This document shows positions 37,101 through 50,541 of a stretch of DNA of 64,000 nt, in pieces (the first letter of the stretch is position 1; every line of letters begins with the position of its first letter). The notes under the pieces are model-generated. The model searched no databases, had not been told where the DNA came from, and saw only the letters and a list, made by a program, of their open reading frames with translations. Source of the stretch: Tubulanus polymorphus. Taxonomy: Eukaryota; Animalia; Nemertea. Position numbers and translations under genes: made by a program. The stretch lies in contig NC_134026.1 in NCBI RefSeq assembly GCF_964204645.1, positions 9,819,950 to 9,883,949 on the forward strand, written 5' to 3'.

Positions 37101-38259
37101 GTCGCTCCCCTCTCCCAGCGCCACATAGAGACGAAAAGTTTTTCGGCTTTAAAACAATTAACAATTAGCAATTTGGCACGAATACGTCAGAGACATATTT
37201 CCTTTAACAAGAACAGACCGAACTGAAGTGAAGAATCGTACTCTGTTGTATAAGAAATTAATTACGAGCGTTGTGAAGGGTTACCTAGTAAGAAAACAAA
37301 AAAGTTCATTGTTACCATACAGGTAGTTATCGTATGATATCGAGATAACATGAGTGACGAGTCAGAGTACGGAGTATTATGTACTCTAGTCCGCCTATTA
37401 ACCAATCATGTTACACTTGATTTTAAAACAAACCATTCGCATGTTATCACCGCGGGGAGCTCAATAAAAAGGAAGCTCTGAGCCTCTCTAGGCAGGCGAA
37501 GAAAAACTTTCCATCACGTCAATCTATCTATTCTCGAAAGATCGAAGGCAGACAAAACAGATTTTACCTAAAAACATTCTTGCACAAGCAAATAGAACCG
37601 CTCTCGCCGACTCAGTTTGAAAATGCGGTTCGCATTAAAAAAACATCAATTTTAGTAAAATCACAGTAAAAAAGAACAGTTTTTTATTAGTGACTAAAAA
37701 ATAGGTATCAAGTATTCATTTACTTGCGCAGCATGTAATACAATAAGTATCACTTACTATAACCTTTATCCCTCCCAAATTTGGACTTACAATCAACACA
37801 CAAAAATAAAAATAGAAATTAAGTGAGTAATTAATAAGAGGACTGAATTTTCGCACTTATCGAACTACACGCACTTTGCCACGAGTGCTGGACAGAATTA
37901 GCCTGTTACGAGTACGTATATCGATAGATCGACACATTTCAGTTCTGGAGAGCATAGGAAATACGGCTGCGAATATGGCATGATACGTATATATATATTT
38001 GGAAAATCGAGCGAAAATCTGGAAATGATAATTTAAATTCCAGGATTGGCACGAAGGCTGAATAGTATAAGTGCATCGACGCTCCGCGTGATTGGTTATT
38101 TCGAATAATTCGAACGAATTGATCACACGTGTTTGAAGTCAAAAAAGCAAGAGTGAAACGTCTATACATGTAGAAGATACGCGCTTGTGCTCCGATGCGA
38201 CATCACCGTTTAGGACTTTGACTATATAGGACATTTTTTACAAAATGTCGAAAGTTTCC

Positions 38260-39898
38260 ATGAAATATCTCAAGATGCTGATGTTTCTTTTACAAGTTCT
38301 GAATTCGGGTGTTACAGCAAGACACGTCTTGTTGTCGAAGGAAAATGAATGGCTGCTATCACAAAATGAGACGCCGAGATCTTTCGCGTCTTTCAATTCG
38401 TCAACAGATCCATGGCGGTTGCGACAACCCAACAATGGCCCGAAAATTTCAACTTTCGTTATCGGACTCAATAATATTCTTAATACAGCCGCACAGGAAC
38501 CGCAATTATTCAGTGGGCAACCGTACACGTGGAATACGGCACGCACAAATATTGGTGAGATAGAAATGGTCACTGGCTTTTACCACCGTAAGTTTGATAT
38601 ACCGTCAAATTTAGATTTATGTAGACTTCTTGTTAAATATTAATGTCACGAATGTTGATGTGTATAATGTGTATTTATGTATGGCAATGGGACAGAAATG
38701 TTTGCTTAAATCCGATTCAATATGTTCGTTTGACGTCCTCCATTACGCATTTAAGATCACATGCATTTTGGATTTTTACAAAGCGACGTCACCAATTGGA
38801 CTAGCAATTATTTTATTATTTGATTTGATTTTGAAAAAAATCGCAACGCCGTTCACTTGATATGTATGCGCATAATGCAATTTATAGTTCACATCACAGT
38901 TTTTCCGTATGTTGTAGTCATAGAATCTGTTTATGTAGGCAATTCGCCACATTGAACATTGTTGTCCCTACTAGAATTGACCGCCATTGCTGTTTTTCTT
39001 ATATTCAGAAAGAAGTGCGCATATATCAGAAATAAATGCGTACACGCTTAAAACGTATTTATTTTCTATTTGATCCCTAGGCGAAAGAAAATTAGTCATA
39101 TTCAACGTGAGAAGTGTAGGAAATTCGAATATGGGAAAGTATGTTGTTCTCTCTCGAAAGACGACCGAAAAAATAACACATCGAACAGTGTGTCATGCCA
39201 AAATATACACAGGACAAGGTCGACACATGAAGCTGATTGGGTCAGAAAAATACCAGCTAAACCCGCACATTATTTACGATGTGATTAAAATAAATGGCCG
39301 GCTTAGGCACCATCAACACCATCCACATTTGCTCTTCTTAAAATTGATGTGTGGAAAGAAAAAAACTTTCCCTAAAACTATTTATTTTTTTGGAAACGAT
39401 GGAAACGCACCGTTGCTCGCGTTTGAAAAAGACATCAAATTATCGGGCGATTTGATCAAGCATTTGTCGAAAGAAAACTGGTCACTGCTGATTCCGCCGA
39501 ATGTAAGCGAAAAGAGACGAGGCAAGCGAAGTATATTTGGGCTGTCATCCCGCAACGAACGTTCCGATGACGATATGTATTGCAAGCTGGAAAAATGGAC
39601 GGTCGATACTCGTGAGCAGTGGGGAGATATAATTGCCGCTAGCCCACCAGTCGTTGAAACGAATTATTGCGGTGGCACTTGTGCCGCTATTAAAGAAAAC
39701 TCACGTGCGGCTACAAACCACGCTCTTACTAGACATCATTTCAAGGAGGTCAACGAAACCGAATACAGCTTTTTGCCAGCCCCGCAATGCGCTCCGTACG
39801 AAATGTTAGACGTTTCAATTGCGCTAATGTTCGTCAACGGCACTGTCATTGTACAATCATTTCGGGGTCTTTCTACAAGAAGTTGCAAATGCCAATGA
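38260..39898 (+). CDS. Divergent TGF-beta superfamily ligand A (2 exons, about 370 aa)
   Basis: Exon 1 38260-38554 (signal peptide MKYLKMLMFLLQVLNSGVTA; alternative ATG 38245; donor G|gtgaga); exon 2 39081-39898 (acceptor ccctag|). Furin site RRGKR; cystine knot C...YCGGTC...NHA...PQCAP...CKC. Confidence 0.92.
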
Positions 39899-40546
39899 GC
39901 ATCAATGCAAGAACACATTTGCGGTGGTTGAACTTTATGTATATATGTGAAATCTAGTTCGCGTAGAATGTAAAATATCAAAGATCAGAGATCTGTAATG
40001 TTAATTTATACTTTTTGCATACATTGTTTTTATGAAAATGGCATTTTGATAAACTCCTCTTCTGATATATCTCAGGGGTTCTTCTAAGATGAGGAGATTT
40101 TGTTGTTCTTCGATAGCAAAGCTATTGTATCATATATACATATATAGATCATTCATTATATGTACCCTAAAGGTTATCATTGTTAAAATGTTGCAAAATG
40201 GCAAACTGCGAACAGAATTTCCAGAGTTATCGAATTCAATTGTTAGCAGGATTTATAGACTGCTATTACCTAAGATCTTTAAAGTTCATCTCGCACCATT
40301 GAAATTATGCGTTAATCGACTTGCGCGGCACTTGTTTCATGGATGCAATATTGCTATCGCTTAAAGGCCACAGTCCGACTGAGCAGAAAAACTATCAATT
40401 ATTGCTTAATTGCATTAATTCCAAAGTTTACGAAAACAACAACCGAACCGGTGGTTTCAATAACGTCTATCGCTAAACATATCTAGATAATTCGCCGATT
40501 CGGTTCGAGAAAAGTGTGTTTACTGATTCAGAACAGTTCGACAAAC

Positions 40547-41759
40547 ATGTGTAAACGCGTATCGAGTTCGATCAATGGAAAATTACTGTTGGTACTTGTT
40601 GCCTATGCCGACGTGATGGCGTGCTCCGTGCCTTGCATAAGAGATATACCCCAAGGCACCGATTTTGCGGCAATAATCAAAACATTGGGTGGAAGCGAAA
40701 ATGTGACGACAAACGGGCAGCAGAATTTGATACCGACTTTCATACACGACTTTTACAACATGCGTAAAGTATTCAGGAATCGTAGAATGCATTGGCTGAG
40801 CAACGGTCCGAAAACCGCCGAGACCATACAAGCTTTAGACATCGCTGGTGAGTTTTCACGCAGAAACAAATTTGAGTATAATTTTGTCAAACAGAAATAA
40901 CAGCTTATAAGTTAGTTCAAAGTTCGATAAGTTACATGCTTAATCCTTTTCGCTTAAACAAATGTTTTCCATTTCAGTCGATGATGAGCGCACCGTACTG
41001 AAATTTTCTCTACGAAACTGCGTCGAGTGCTATTGTCCTAACTCATTAATCAAAATCATCTTTGCGAAGCTAGAAAATGCAGCGCCGCATACGATATTGG
41101 AGTTGAGGTTACACGATAAAATCATTGCGCCGGAAAAACTAGAAAACAAACTATACGTAACTTATGACATAAGGCGGTTCCTCAAGGATGAGTTCGATTC
41201 GAATTTTACGTTGGAGTTGAAAGTCAAGGCTACATCGCGATTTTTACGCGGTGTTACAGACGTGTACTATTTAAGCGAAGATTCGTCAAATCCGAATAAC
41301 CCTATAATAGTAGCTTTCGGAGGTTACGACCGTCGCGCTGATATTCCTATTGTCAATAAACGTTTCGAAACAACCGTCGATGAGGACGACAGCGAAAATC
41401 ATAATCGACAAACGCGTTCTCTCGAAACGCTTGATACCGACTGTCGTCTGTGGAAGTGGAACATTTCGTGGTCAGAGATAGAAGCAGCCGACCACATTGT
41501 GGTACCGCGATTCGTCCAGGCCGCTTACTGTAGCGGTAAATGCGAAGATGGCATATTGAATCGTAGAGTGTCGTTCGCTTCTAGTGCGGTCATTCGAATG
41601 CTTTCTCGCAAGAAACCCGAGTTGGGTTTTTTGCCGCCTCCAAAGTGTGTGCCGGCGATGTTCAAAAGTTTGGACGTTATCATGAAAGCAAAACCGCACG
41701 GTACAATACGTCTAATTACTGTGCCAGACTTGATACCGACAGTGTGTAGGTGCTATTAA
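40547..41759 (+). CDS. Divergent TGF-beta superfamily ligand B (2 exons, about 360 aa)
   Basis: Exon 1 40547-40847 (hydrophobic leader, IPTFIHDFY, KTAETIQA; donor G|gtgagt); exon 2 40978-41759 (acceptor tttcag|). Furin site RQTR; cystine knot C...YCSGKC...PKCVP...CRC. Confidence 0.93.
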
Positions 41760-41833
41760 GATAAATTGTTAAGTTGTTCATAGAAATATACCACTGATAA
41801 TGATTTCATTTAAAATGATTGTGAAGAATCAAA

Positions 41834-42436
41834 GGCGAATTTATCCTGTCAAATCAGATTTGATTTTCCTAATCGTAATTTGCTGTCGTATAATCTAATC
41901 AAGATTTTTGCACAACAGGATAAATTTGACGATTTTTTCAAAACGGCTCATAAGAATTATTCTTATTAGCCGTTTTGAAAAAAATCGTCAAATTTATCCT
42001 GTTTAAATTTATATCTAATATACTGTCCTTGGTTTTTTACATCTATTTTTCAACGGATGAGTTTCGGTTTCACTTTGAGTTTTGACTATTTTGATCAGTT
42101 TTCCAAAAGCTAGGTTGAGCTTTGATAGTGAGGTTTGAAAACACTGATCATGGACTCTAAAACGTTCAGTTGATTATCTCGTTTACAATCATAGCGAAGA
42201 GCATATTCACCGCTAACAAAATGGCGGGAACTCTCGTTTGAAGCTACCATCTTTACATTAAATCAAAATGTACCGATTCACCTCCGGAGGTGATTTGATA
42301 GTTTGATAAATCGATTTGAATTTGATGCCGCATTAGATTAAAAAGATAAGACCATTAATTAAATCAAATTTGATTATTGCCCGGAATAATGAAATTTTAG
42401 ATAAAATCAAACCTGATTTGACAGGATAGATTCGCC
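41834..42436. mobile_element. TIR element with a large internal hairpin
   Basis: Ends ggcgaatttatcctgtcaaatcagatttgatttt / aaaatcaaacctgatttgacaggatagattcgcc; internal 90-bp palindrome at 41914-42003. Confidence 0.75.
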
Positions 42437-42937
42437 GTAAGAATCGGGATTGTACAAAACGTCATAAAAAGGCTCATAAGTGAAGATAAATCGTATATAG
42501 AAGAAATGCATTCGCCAAGCCGAAGACGGTTCATGTAAAGATCATCTGTAAATATTTTCTTGGGCAATGAATGCATCTGTCTAGACCAAAGCGATTAACC
42601 TAACACACCATATACATACTAGACATTGAATGCATGGAATGCCTATTTTCATATTTGGTTCTTACCATACATCGGTTTTTATGATATTCGTGTATACACA
42701 CGGCTGGTATTTTTATGATAGATCATTCTGTTGTATACGATTCTGGCGAATACTAAATTTACTTTTGTACTGTAGATATACATTCTATAAACCCGAAAAT
42801 ATGATGCCTTGTTTCTCGTCACAGTAAGACAGTAAGATAAGACGGGCGGGAGGATTTTATTTTCTTTTCTAGATAAAAAAAAGTCCAAATAAAAAAAATG
42901 ATTTTTGATTAATTCTTCCATGGCTATGGCGGGGGTA

Positions 42938-43182
42938 CAAGCGCGGATCCAGATTTTTCCAGGAGGGGTTCATAAAAAATTTTAAAGTTAAACTGCTGAC
43001 TAAAATCTCCAATGGTATGGGGCCTATACGGCATATTTTTTGGCCAAACATAAGATGATATGGTACCGATTATATGGTACTGTCGGCCCGCTTTGTCTTG
43101 AGGAAGAAAACAATTTAAAACATGTTTGGTAGCTGAGCAGGGGGTCACGACCCCTGAAAAACGCCCTCTGGATCCGCGCCTA
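42938..43182. mobile_element. MITE of the 'GCGGATCCAG' TIR family (hAT-like)
   Basis: caagcgcggatccaga ... tctggatccgcgccta, flanked by gggta on both sides. Confidence 0.65.
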
Positions 43183-45716
43183 GGGTATTTCATAATCATA
43201 TGAGGTCCAAATTCAATAGTCCCATGAAGGAATTCTAGCCAGATTTCCAACACCTAAGAGAAAAAAAAACTTTTAACGAATGTAAGTCAATAAATTTTAA
43301 GCGGGCACAAACCTTTTTAAATGAAATATTAAGAATTGTCATTGAAATAAGACGAATCTTCTTAACAAGATTCCTAACAAAAATATTCTTTTTGGTTATC
43401 GAACACTGGCTGATCAAAAATAGAAGATTTTATGAACTACAGGGATGCTGAAACTGAAACGTTGTTAATAAACTCCTAAAGCAGGGACATCACTTTTCCG
43501 ACTACATCAACAATATGAAATTTATCATCCGAATGATTTGCGACCACATTAGGGTTCGGGGCTTAGCGATATCCAACGGTCGCTTACAACTAGGACAATC
43601 AAGTTTGCGAGCGGAGATCGGGAGGAAATACAAATAGTGAAAATGTAAAAACTTATTGTAGACGTCCATAGCACGACCGGGCGTGCGGATTCTATTTCAA
43701 TATCGATTTCTATCTGTCACTTTACAATCCTGATACGGGCGGGCGATTTCGTTTTTATTAAAGAATTTTGACTATTTGACTATTTTTGACTTTTGGGGAA
43801 TTCTAGACGCGGATGCAGGTGATGAGAAACAAGGTATATTCTTATGTTGACCTTAAAGTCTAAAATCTGGCATTTCGGCCCGCAGTAAGCATGTTTTAAG
43901 TATCCTCGGTAAAAAGTAGATCAAAATAGCAACCTTAAAAAAACAACCGAATTTTGACTGAAATTCTAAATCAAACTTCAGGACTCAGTTCCACAGTTTT
44001 CAACTAAGTTTTACTCTAGAGTAAAATCATTAGTTCATTTCTAATGTTTTAACACCCGTACTTAAAACTTGATCCTGATTCAATCTCAGAATTGTAAACC
44101 CATGGTTCGGCTAGATTTGAAATAATATATTCGAACAATATAAATCAAAGTTTTAACGAGTTGATTGATTGCTTGCGACATGAATAGACTTCATGATGAT
44201 TATAATCCCACTGGCGCTATCAAAGCGTACTTAATTTATTATCAATTCTGGAATCACGCCAACGGTAAATCAGGGTAAGTCGGAATGTCGTAATGTAAGA
44301 CGCAGTTTGATCAACTATAGGTTCCACCAGCTACTTTTTGCGCTGACCGTGACCTTTAAGTAATACTATTGGAAATATATCTCGCATGATATAATAAACT
44401 TGTTGAAGAAAAAGTTTTTCTTTTTTTTCAATGGAATATTTCAATACGCAAGAATTCTCGAATATACTTCCACTTTTTTTCAGCATAGCAGTAATGATTG
44501 ATTATCTTATAGTATGTGGTCTTATCGGGCGATCTTTTCGTTATGAACTCTCCAAAACCGAAAGATGGCGCACCATACCACTCGTTTACGAAGCTTGCGG
44601 GACGATTGCGTTGGTGCGTTTTTGGGAAGCCTGTAGATAAGCCGCTGGCTGATAAATCGGAATCCCCGGTCGAAATTAGCTATAGTGGATCAATAGATTT
44701 GAATATCTGATATAGGACAAGCCATGAAATATATCCCTGCACGACACGTAAAACCCATTTTCCATTTATTTTGAAATGTACACAAAATTCGGCTTTCCTG
44801 GTCCAGGTACTTCAAAATAAGTCAAATCAACCCTTGAGATTTAAGTCCAATGTATTCGATCACTTACATTTTCTACTGCAATAGTATTGTGACCTGTCCC
44901 TTGTTATAGCAAACACATGGGAATGGAGGTACGTAGCTCCTATCATGTTTCAGTGTGATGTCATCAGTGTTCCATGCCGAAGGAAGACGTTCATCGTTTT
45001 GCTAATTGGCACATATCAATCAGATGGATAAGACATAAAGAAATGATTATTTTCTATGGATAGATGTGGGTGAACGTGGCTCATCATGACAAATTTATTT
45101 TATTTCGAACGAAATTTTAAGATTCTAGGGGTCATTTTGCAAACAGGATTCCAGCTCGGTTCTGCACGGGAACAGGAGTTTTAATGCATGCATGATTAGA
45201 TTTCAATCCATACTTTAAAACTATAGTTGTTTATGATAGTTTTGTTAAAAACAGGTAGCCTGTAACGCTGCTTTCTTTGTGAAGCTTCGATTTTTCTGTG
45301 ATTCCCGGCTCGAAGTCTCCAACTACTGGATTATTGTTCCAAAAAAGGCACTTCCCGTCCTCTTTTCCAAAACACAATAATAACCTCATGGCGCTTTAAT
45401 TACTGGTTCTGGACCGAAACGGAGTTCGAGGCGAAAAAAGAAGCATTTGCAGGTAAAATTATTTAGTTTTTAGTAGTAAAAGAGATTTTTCTTTGTTCCC
45501 TGGATTTTGGTCACAGTTCTTTGCGCAATTTCTGACGTACACCGAACATATCCGTGATGTCGTCTATCAATTAATCGAGTACTTTTACGCTGCAGTGCCT
45601 CGCCGTGTATACACGACCCATTTTGATCCGTCAAGCGATCACTCACAAGCTATCAAAATTGACCACACTCGAAGATATCTTGATATCAATCGATTTAAAT
45701 CGATTTGCGGTAATGT

Positions 45717-46017
<301 letters not shown>

Positions 46018-47241
46018 CTGTTGCTTGTACATTAAGTTCTACCCAAAAAAACTAAGCCGCGTGTTTGATAAAATAATCATTTAGATATCGATAAATCGTT
46101 GTAATTAATATGGGGAAAACGCAATACTTGCCACAATTACAGTGATGAGGGAATATTTCGGCGGGGTAGAAATCGCGCATGCCGCGTAATCTATTACGGA
46201 CCTGTGCTCGCGTAGTCCGGACGTATTCATTAAATATAGTAAACCGTTGTTACGAATGATAAAAAATAAAGAATGTCAAAAGTTGCGCATTATAGTTTTC
46301 AAAGTATTCCAGGAGCGGATCCAAGGGGGCCCAAAGTGGCCCAGCCCCTATTTTTTGTCAAGATAAAATGGAAGTTATACGCATACGGTTGCAAAGTACT
46401 GCCGGTCAATTTGTTTTAGAATCACGCTAGATGCTCAGAAAATGACAAGTTTTTTCAAAATCCCCTTTAGGACTGCGCCTACGGCGCCCGCGCTCATGTA
46501 CCAAGTACGGGTATAGAACTAGAGGCCTCACATTTTTTTTATACAAGTATACAAAATTGCCCGTTCTCCGTGGTCAAATGGTGACGTATAATTATGTGCT
46601 TATAACTGCAGTGGTATCGATTTCAAAAAGTGCTTATCTTTTTCGATAACTAATTTCCTGGAATACCTTCGAAGTATTTGCATAACTGTCGGGATAGTGG
46701 GTGATGACGTATTAGCCTACGTTTGGCCAAGTGCACCGCGCACTCATCATCTAATGAACAACTAATTCAATGGTTCGATAAAGATTTTTATATGAACATC
46801 CAAAACTCACAGGATACTTGCACGTGAACTAGAAAATGTAATTAAGTAACATTTAACGTTGCATTCGCATAAATTCGTGCATACAGTTGCATACCGTTGC
46901 AGTTCAATCAGTCAGAATGATACAACTCAAAGGTTGCACATGACGCGTATATAAATCCACATGGCCATGCCAGCCTGCAAAAAGTAATTTGAGCGCCAAT
47001 TGCAGATTGATTTGCATGGAGCTGTTGCGGATATGACGACGTCGACGATTGTGATTCGCTACTGAATTTGCCCGCTGCTGACCTGTTCTAGTTTGACGTC
47101 GATATCTTTGACAGTCAGCTGTTTTCTTTAGAAAGTATTGCGTACAGTAAATCAGTACATGTGCAACCACTGGCGGGAACGTTCCGTCATATGTATGTAA
47201 ATAAAAAGTGACAACCGAGATTTGTTTTCTTGCGTAAAAAG

Positions 47242-47579
47242 ATGGCTAACCAGTTAAACGTTCAGCCAAATTTCAGCTGTTTGAACATGCTACAGGCATC
47301 TTCATCGCCGTCAGCCGCCGCATCAGTACCACTGGTAGCAGGCAACGGTGTTACTGCACCGTTCAGATGGCTCGGTAGATTTAGTCACCAACAGAGGACA
47401 GGCCTCAGAGTGGGCGAGACGAGGCGAGGACGCAGGGGCGAAGGACATATTCGACGGCCCATGAATGCATTCATGGTATGGGCGAAAACCGAGCGGAAAA
47501 GACTGGCCGAAGAAAACCCCGATGTTCACAACGCTGAACTAAGCAAACTGCTAGGTAAGTACTGCATATAAAAATGATT

Positions 47580-47659
<80 letters not shown>

Positions 47660-50541
47660 CACAGCTAATCACCAAAAACACCTTCTTTACATCAATTGCC
47701 CGATGGTATCTGTGTGGTATTCAAATGGGTTTATTTGACTGAAAGGGTTTTAATCCCTGAATAATCAAGTCAGGTCCACATGATCAGTTTTAGTACGCAG
47801 TATATACTTCTCCGATTTGTGAGCAGTAAACTTTTTCTGATAATCAACCCTTCCGGGGGGGGGGGGGAACTAAGAAGAAATATCGGGCCAACAACAGATT
47901 CAATTTCGTGTGGGAAATCGCATTGAAAAATACTAATTGTGCGCAATAGACGAAAAATACTACGGCGGATTTGTTGTTTCAAACGTCTTGAGTTAGCCTA
48001 GCAACACGAGGCCTCCGGCTGCGATTAATCAAGATCCACGCTATCGCTGAATTCCAAAGGCTGCATATGCGTTTATGTTTTTTTCTCTCGGCTGAACATC
48101 GAAAGTGTCAAATGGAAGCCGGCAAAGTTTTTTTTGTCTATTTTCTACGCCGTCTGATAGGAAGAGTATAATAGAAACCACTTGGCTGCGTTACACCACT
48201 GTTGCCGCTATGGTATATAATATGTTTACACTGATATAATATTTCGCCAGGAAGCTCTTGACATTTAACATAATTAAGCGAGAAAAAAGTACGGACGCGC
48301 GAGTCTGTACTTGGTACAGTGAACAGGATATGTTCACACGCCACGCAACTTATCATCAAACACAACATCATGTTTTATCAAGATTATTCTATTATCAGAT
48401 GTGTAATCAACAACATTTCGCGACGGAAATTCGGTTCGCAGACGATACTGCAGAAAGTTCACTAATAAGACGATCGAAAATCATCGTAGGGACTGTCTGG
48501 TACCCCTCTTATGGTCGAGTATAAAATCGCTTGAGTCCTCTCCACCAAGGAAATGCTCACGTGATATTTTGTAACCTCCCCATCAAGAATTCCTACATGA
48601 TTCATATCATATAACATTTCTTGAACAAGTCCGTTATGTCCGTTACTTATGTTAGTTTTAGACCCCATTAGTCTTTTGGGTGTCACTTGTAGTTTGGGCC
48701 GTTTCTTTTCTCAGTAATTTAGTAAGGTTCATGATTTTGTTGGCTGCTTAGTTTGTACACAAGAGGGACCTTTTCAAAAGAGATAGAATATTCTTTGAAG
48801 CGATTGTTATAGCAAATGGTGGTGTTTGAATTTGAACGACAACAACAACAACAACAACAAAAACAGAGACGATCTTGGTAAGCTGAAATCCAATAGTTTT
48901 GAACAAAAAATAGTTCATATATTGATATCACATGCCGTTACTCATTCAACGAACGCCAGGAAATAAACAATCTTTGGTTAATAAAAGTAAATATTCATTA
49001 GTCACACGAATTTTCGCGTGGAAGTGGCGATAGGGAAAATAACACGCACTGAAATTGAATATTGTTTGTATCGTGCGTTAGTAGTATGCTAATTTATGGG
49101 TCGGGGTTCATTAGAATGGAAACATGAAGCTGAACGTTTTACAAAACGAAATTACGAATCACAAATAAGGTAAACGAAATCTTTGATCGGACGAGCTTAA
49201 GCGCATTCATGAATAAGAAATAGCTGAACTGTCGCGTAAGATATTCCAACAAGTTTCTCGATGTTAATGTTCATGGGTCGCTTAATTAGATTCCAATATA
49301 TGTTATTCGCGTATGTAGATCCGACACAGGACCTTGATAGGTAATTTGTTATCCTAATTCTTCGTAATCCTACCTCACACGGCATATTTCTAGCTTATAT
49401 GAATAAACATAACATTATATCACAAACTCAGTCAGGACTGTTTTGAAATCCGGGAAAATGGCTTCCCATCTTACCTTTTAAATGACGATTTATGCTTTTG
49501 GAATCTTGAAAAATTCTTTTATCGGATTGAAATTGAATGACGCAATCAAACGTGATAAAATTAAACTATTTTGATAAAATCTCATCTGATGAATAAAACG
49601 AATTTAAATATCTTACAGGGCAAAAGTGGCGCAACCTCGAGCTGACTCAGAAGTTACCATTTGTAGAAGAAGCAGAGAGGATACGACAACAACACATACA
49701 CGACCATCCGGATTATAAATATCGACCAAGACGTCGCAAAGCTTCCAAACGGTCGACGAGTGCTGATAGCGCCGTTAAAAAAGAACTTGGTCTATCTACG
49801 AATAACGTAACTTCTACAACATTAGGTTTACTGACGCCCGAATCGTCTCCTTGCAACAGCCCTAATCCCGACCTCCAGGACATAGAAGATAAAATGGAAA
49901 ATAGCCTGGCATCGTATCTTACTCCTGAACAGTCACCTGTTGATAAGAATGACAATAATTTCAAATTCCCACCCGTTTCCAGTTTTACGCAGGGTGGGAT
50001 GAACGAGTGTTTGCGGGCATTTAGTTCCTCGCACCATGATCATCACCACGATATGAATAGCTACCGGCCTTCTAATGTAGCAGGATACACAGCCCCGACG
50101 AGCACTAGTTTGAACAGTCATTCTGACCAATTATCTACGCTTAGAGCTTTGGTTTCCAGCCCTTCGCTGTTGGCGTCGGCTCGACTATCAGCTCTGAACC
50201 AAATGAGCAACAAACACGACTTGGAGCCGACGAAAGAAACGTATCAGAACATTCTGTCGCAGCTGGAACACGTTTATCAAGAGGCAGCCGCACAAGTAAA
50301 TACGCCATCAGACTTTTTCATGCCACAGAGGAAAAACTCTTATAATCGACTTGAACCGGATTTCGGCGGTTACACGCATCACGTGGACGCGTTAACGGAA
50401 TTTTCACGGGCCGAGTCGCTGGGGGATGTCGATCGCAACGAATTCGATCAGTATCTCGATACAGCAGCGCGGTTCAGTGACGTACCTCATCTAATCGATG
50501 TGAGAGCCGCCGATTCGCAAATCAAAACTGAACCGTCGTGA
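47242..50541 (+). CDS. SoxF: SoxF-group (Sox7/17/18-like) HMG-box transcription factor, 2 exons, about 411 aa
   Basis: Exons 47242-47554 and 49619-50541 (phase 1 intron inside the HMG box). HMG: [37 protein letters not shown]|QKW...[27 protein letters not shown]-terminal [11 protein letters not shown] motif typical of SoxF. Confidence 0.95.
47582..47658. repeat. (TA)n microsatellite in the SoxF intron
   Basis: About 77-bp AT alternation starting 28 nt after the splice donor. Confidence 0.97.

Noticed and set aside
38260-41759. Naming the ligands nodal or lefty
   Set aside because: Nodal keeps the CC pair and WII.P. Lefty lacks the long helix-3 region and has a C-terminal extension, unlike these. 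No symbol can be supported without a tree.
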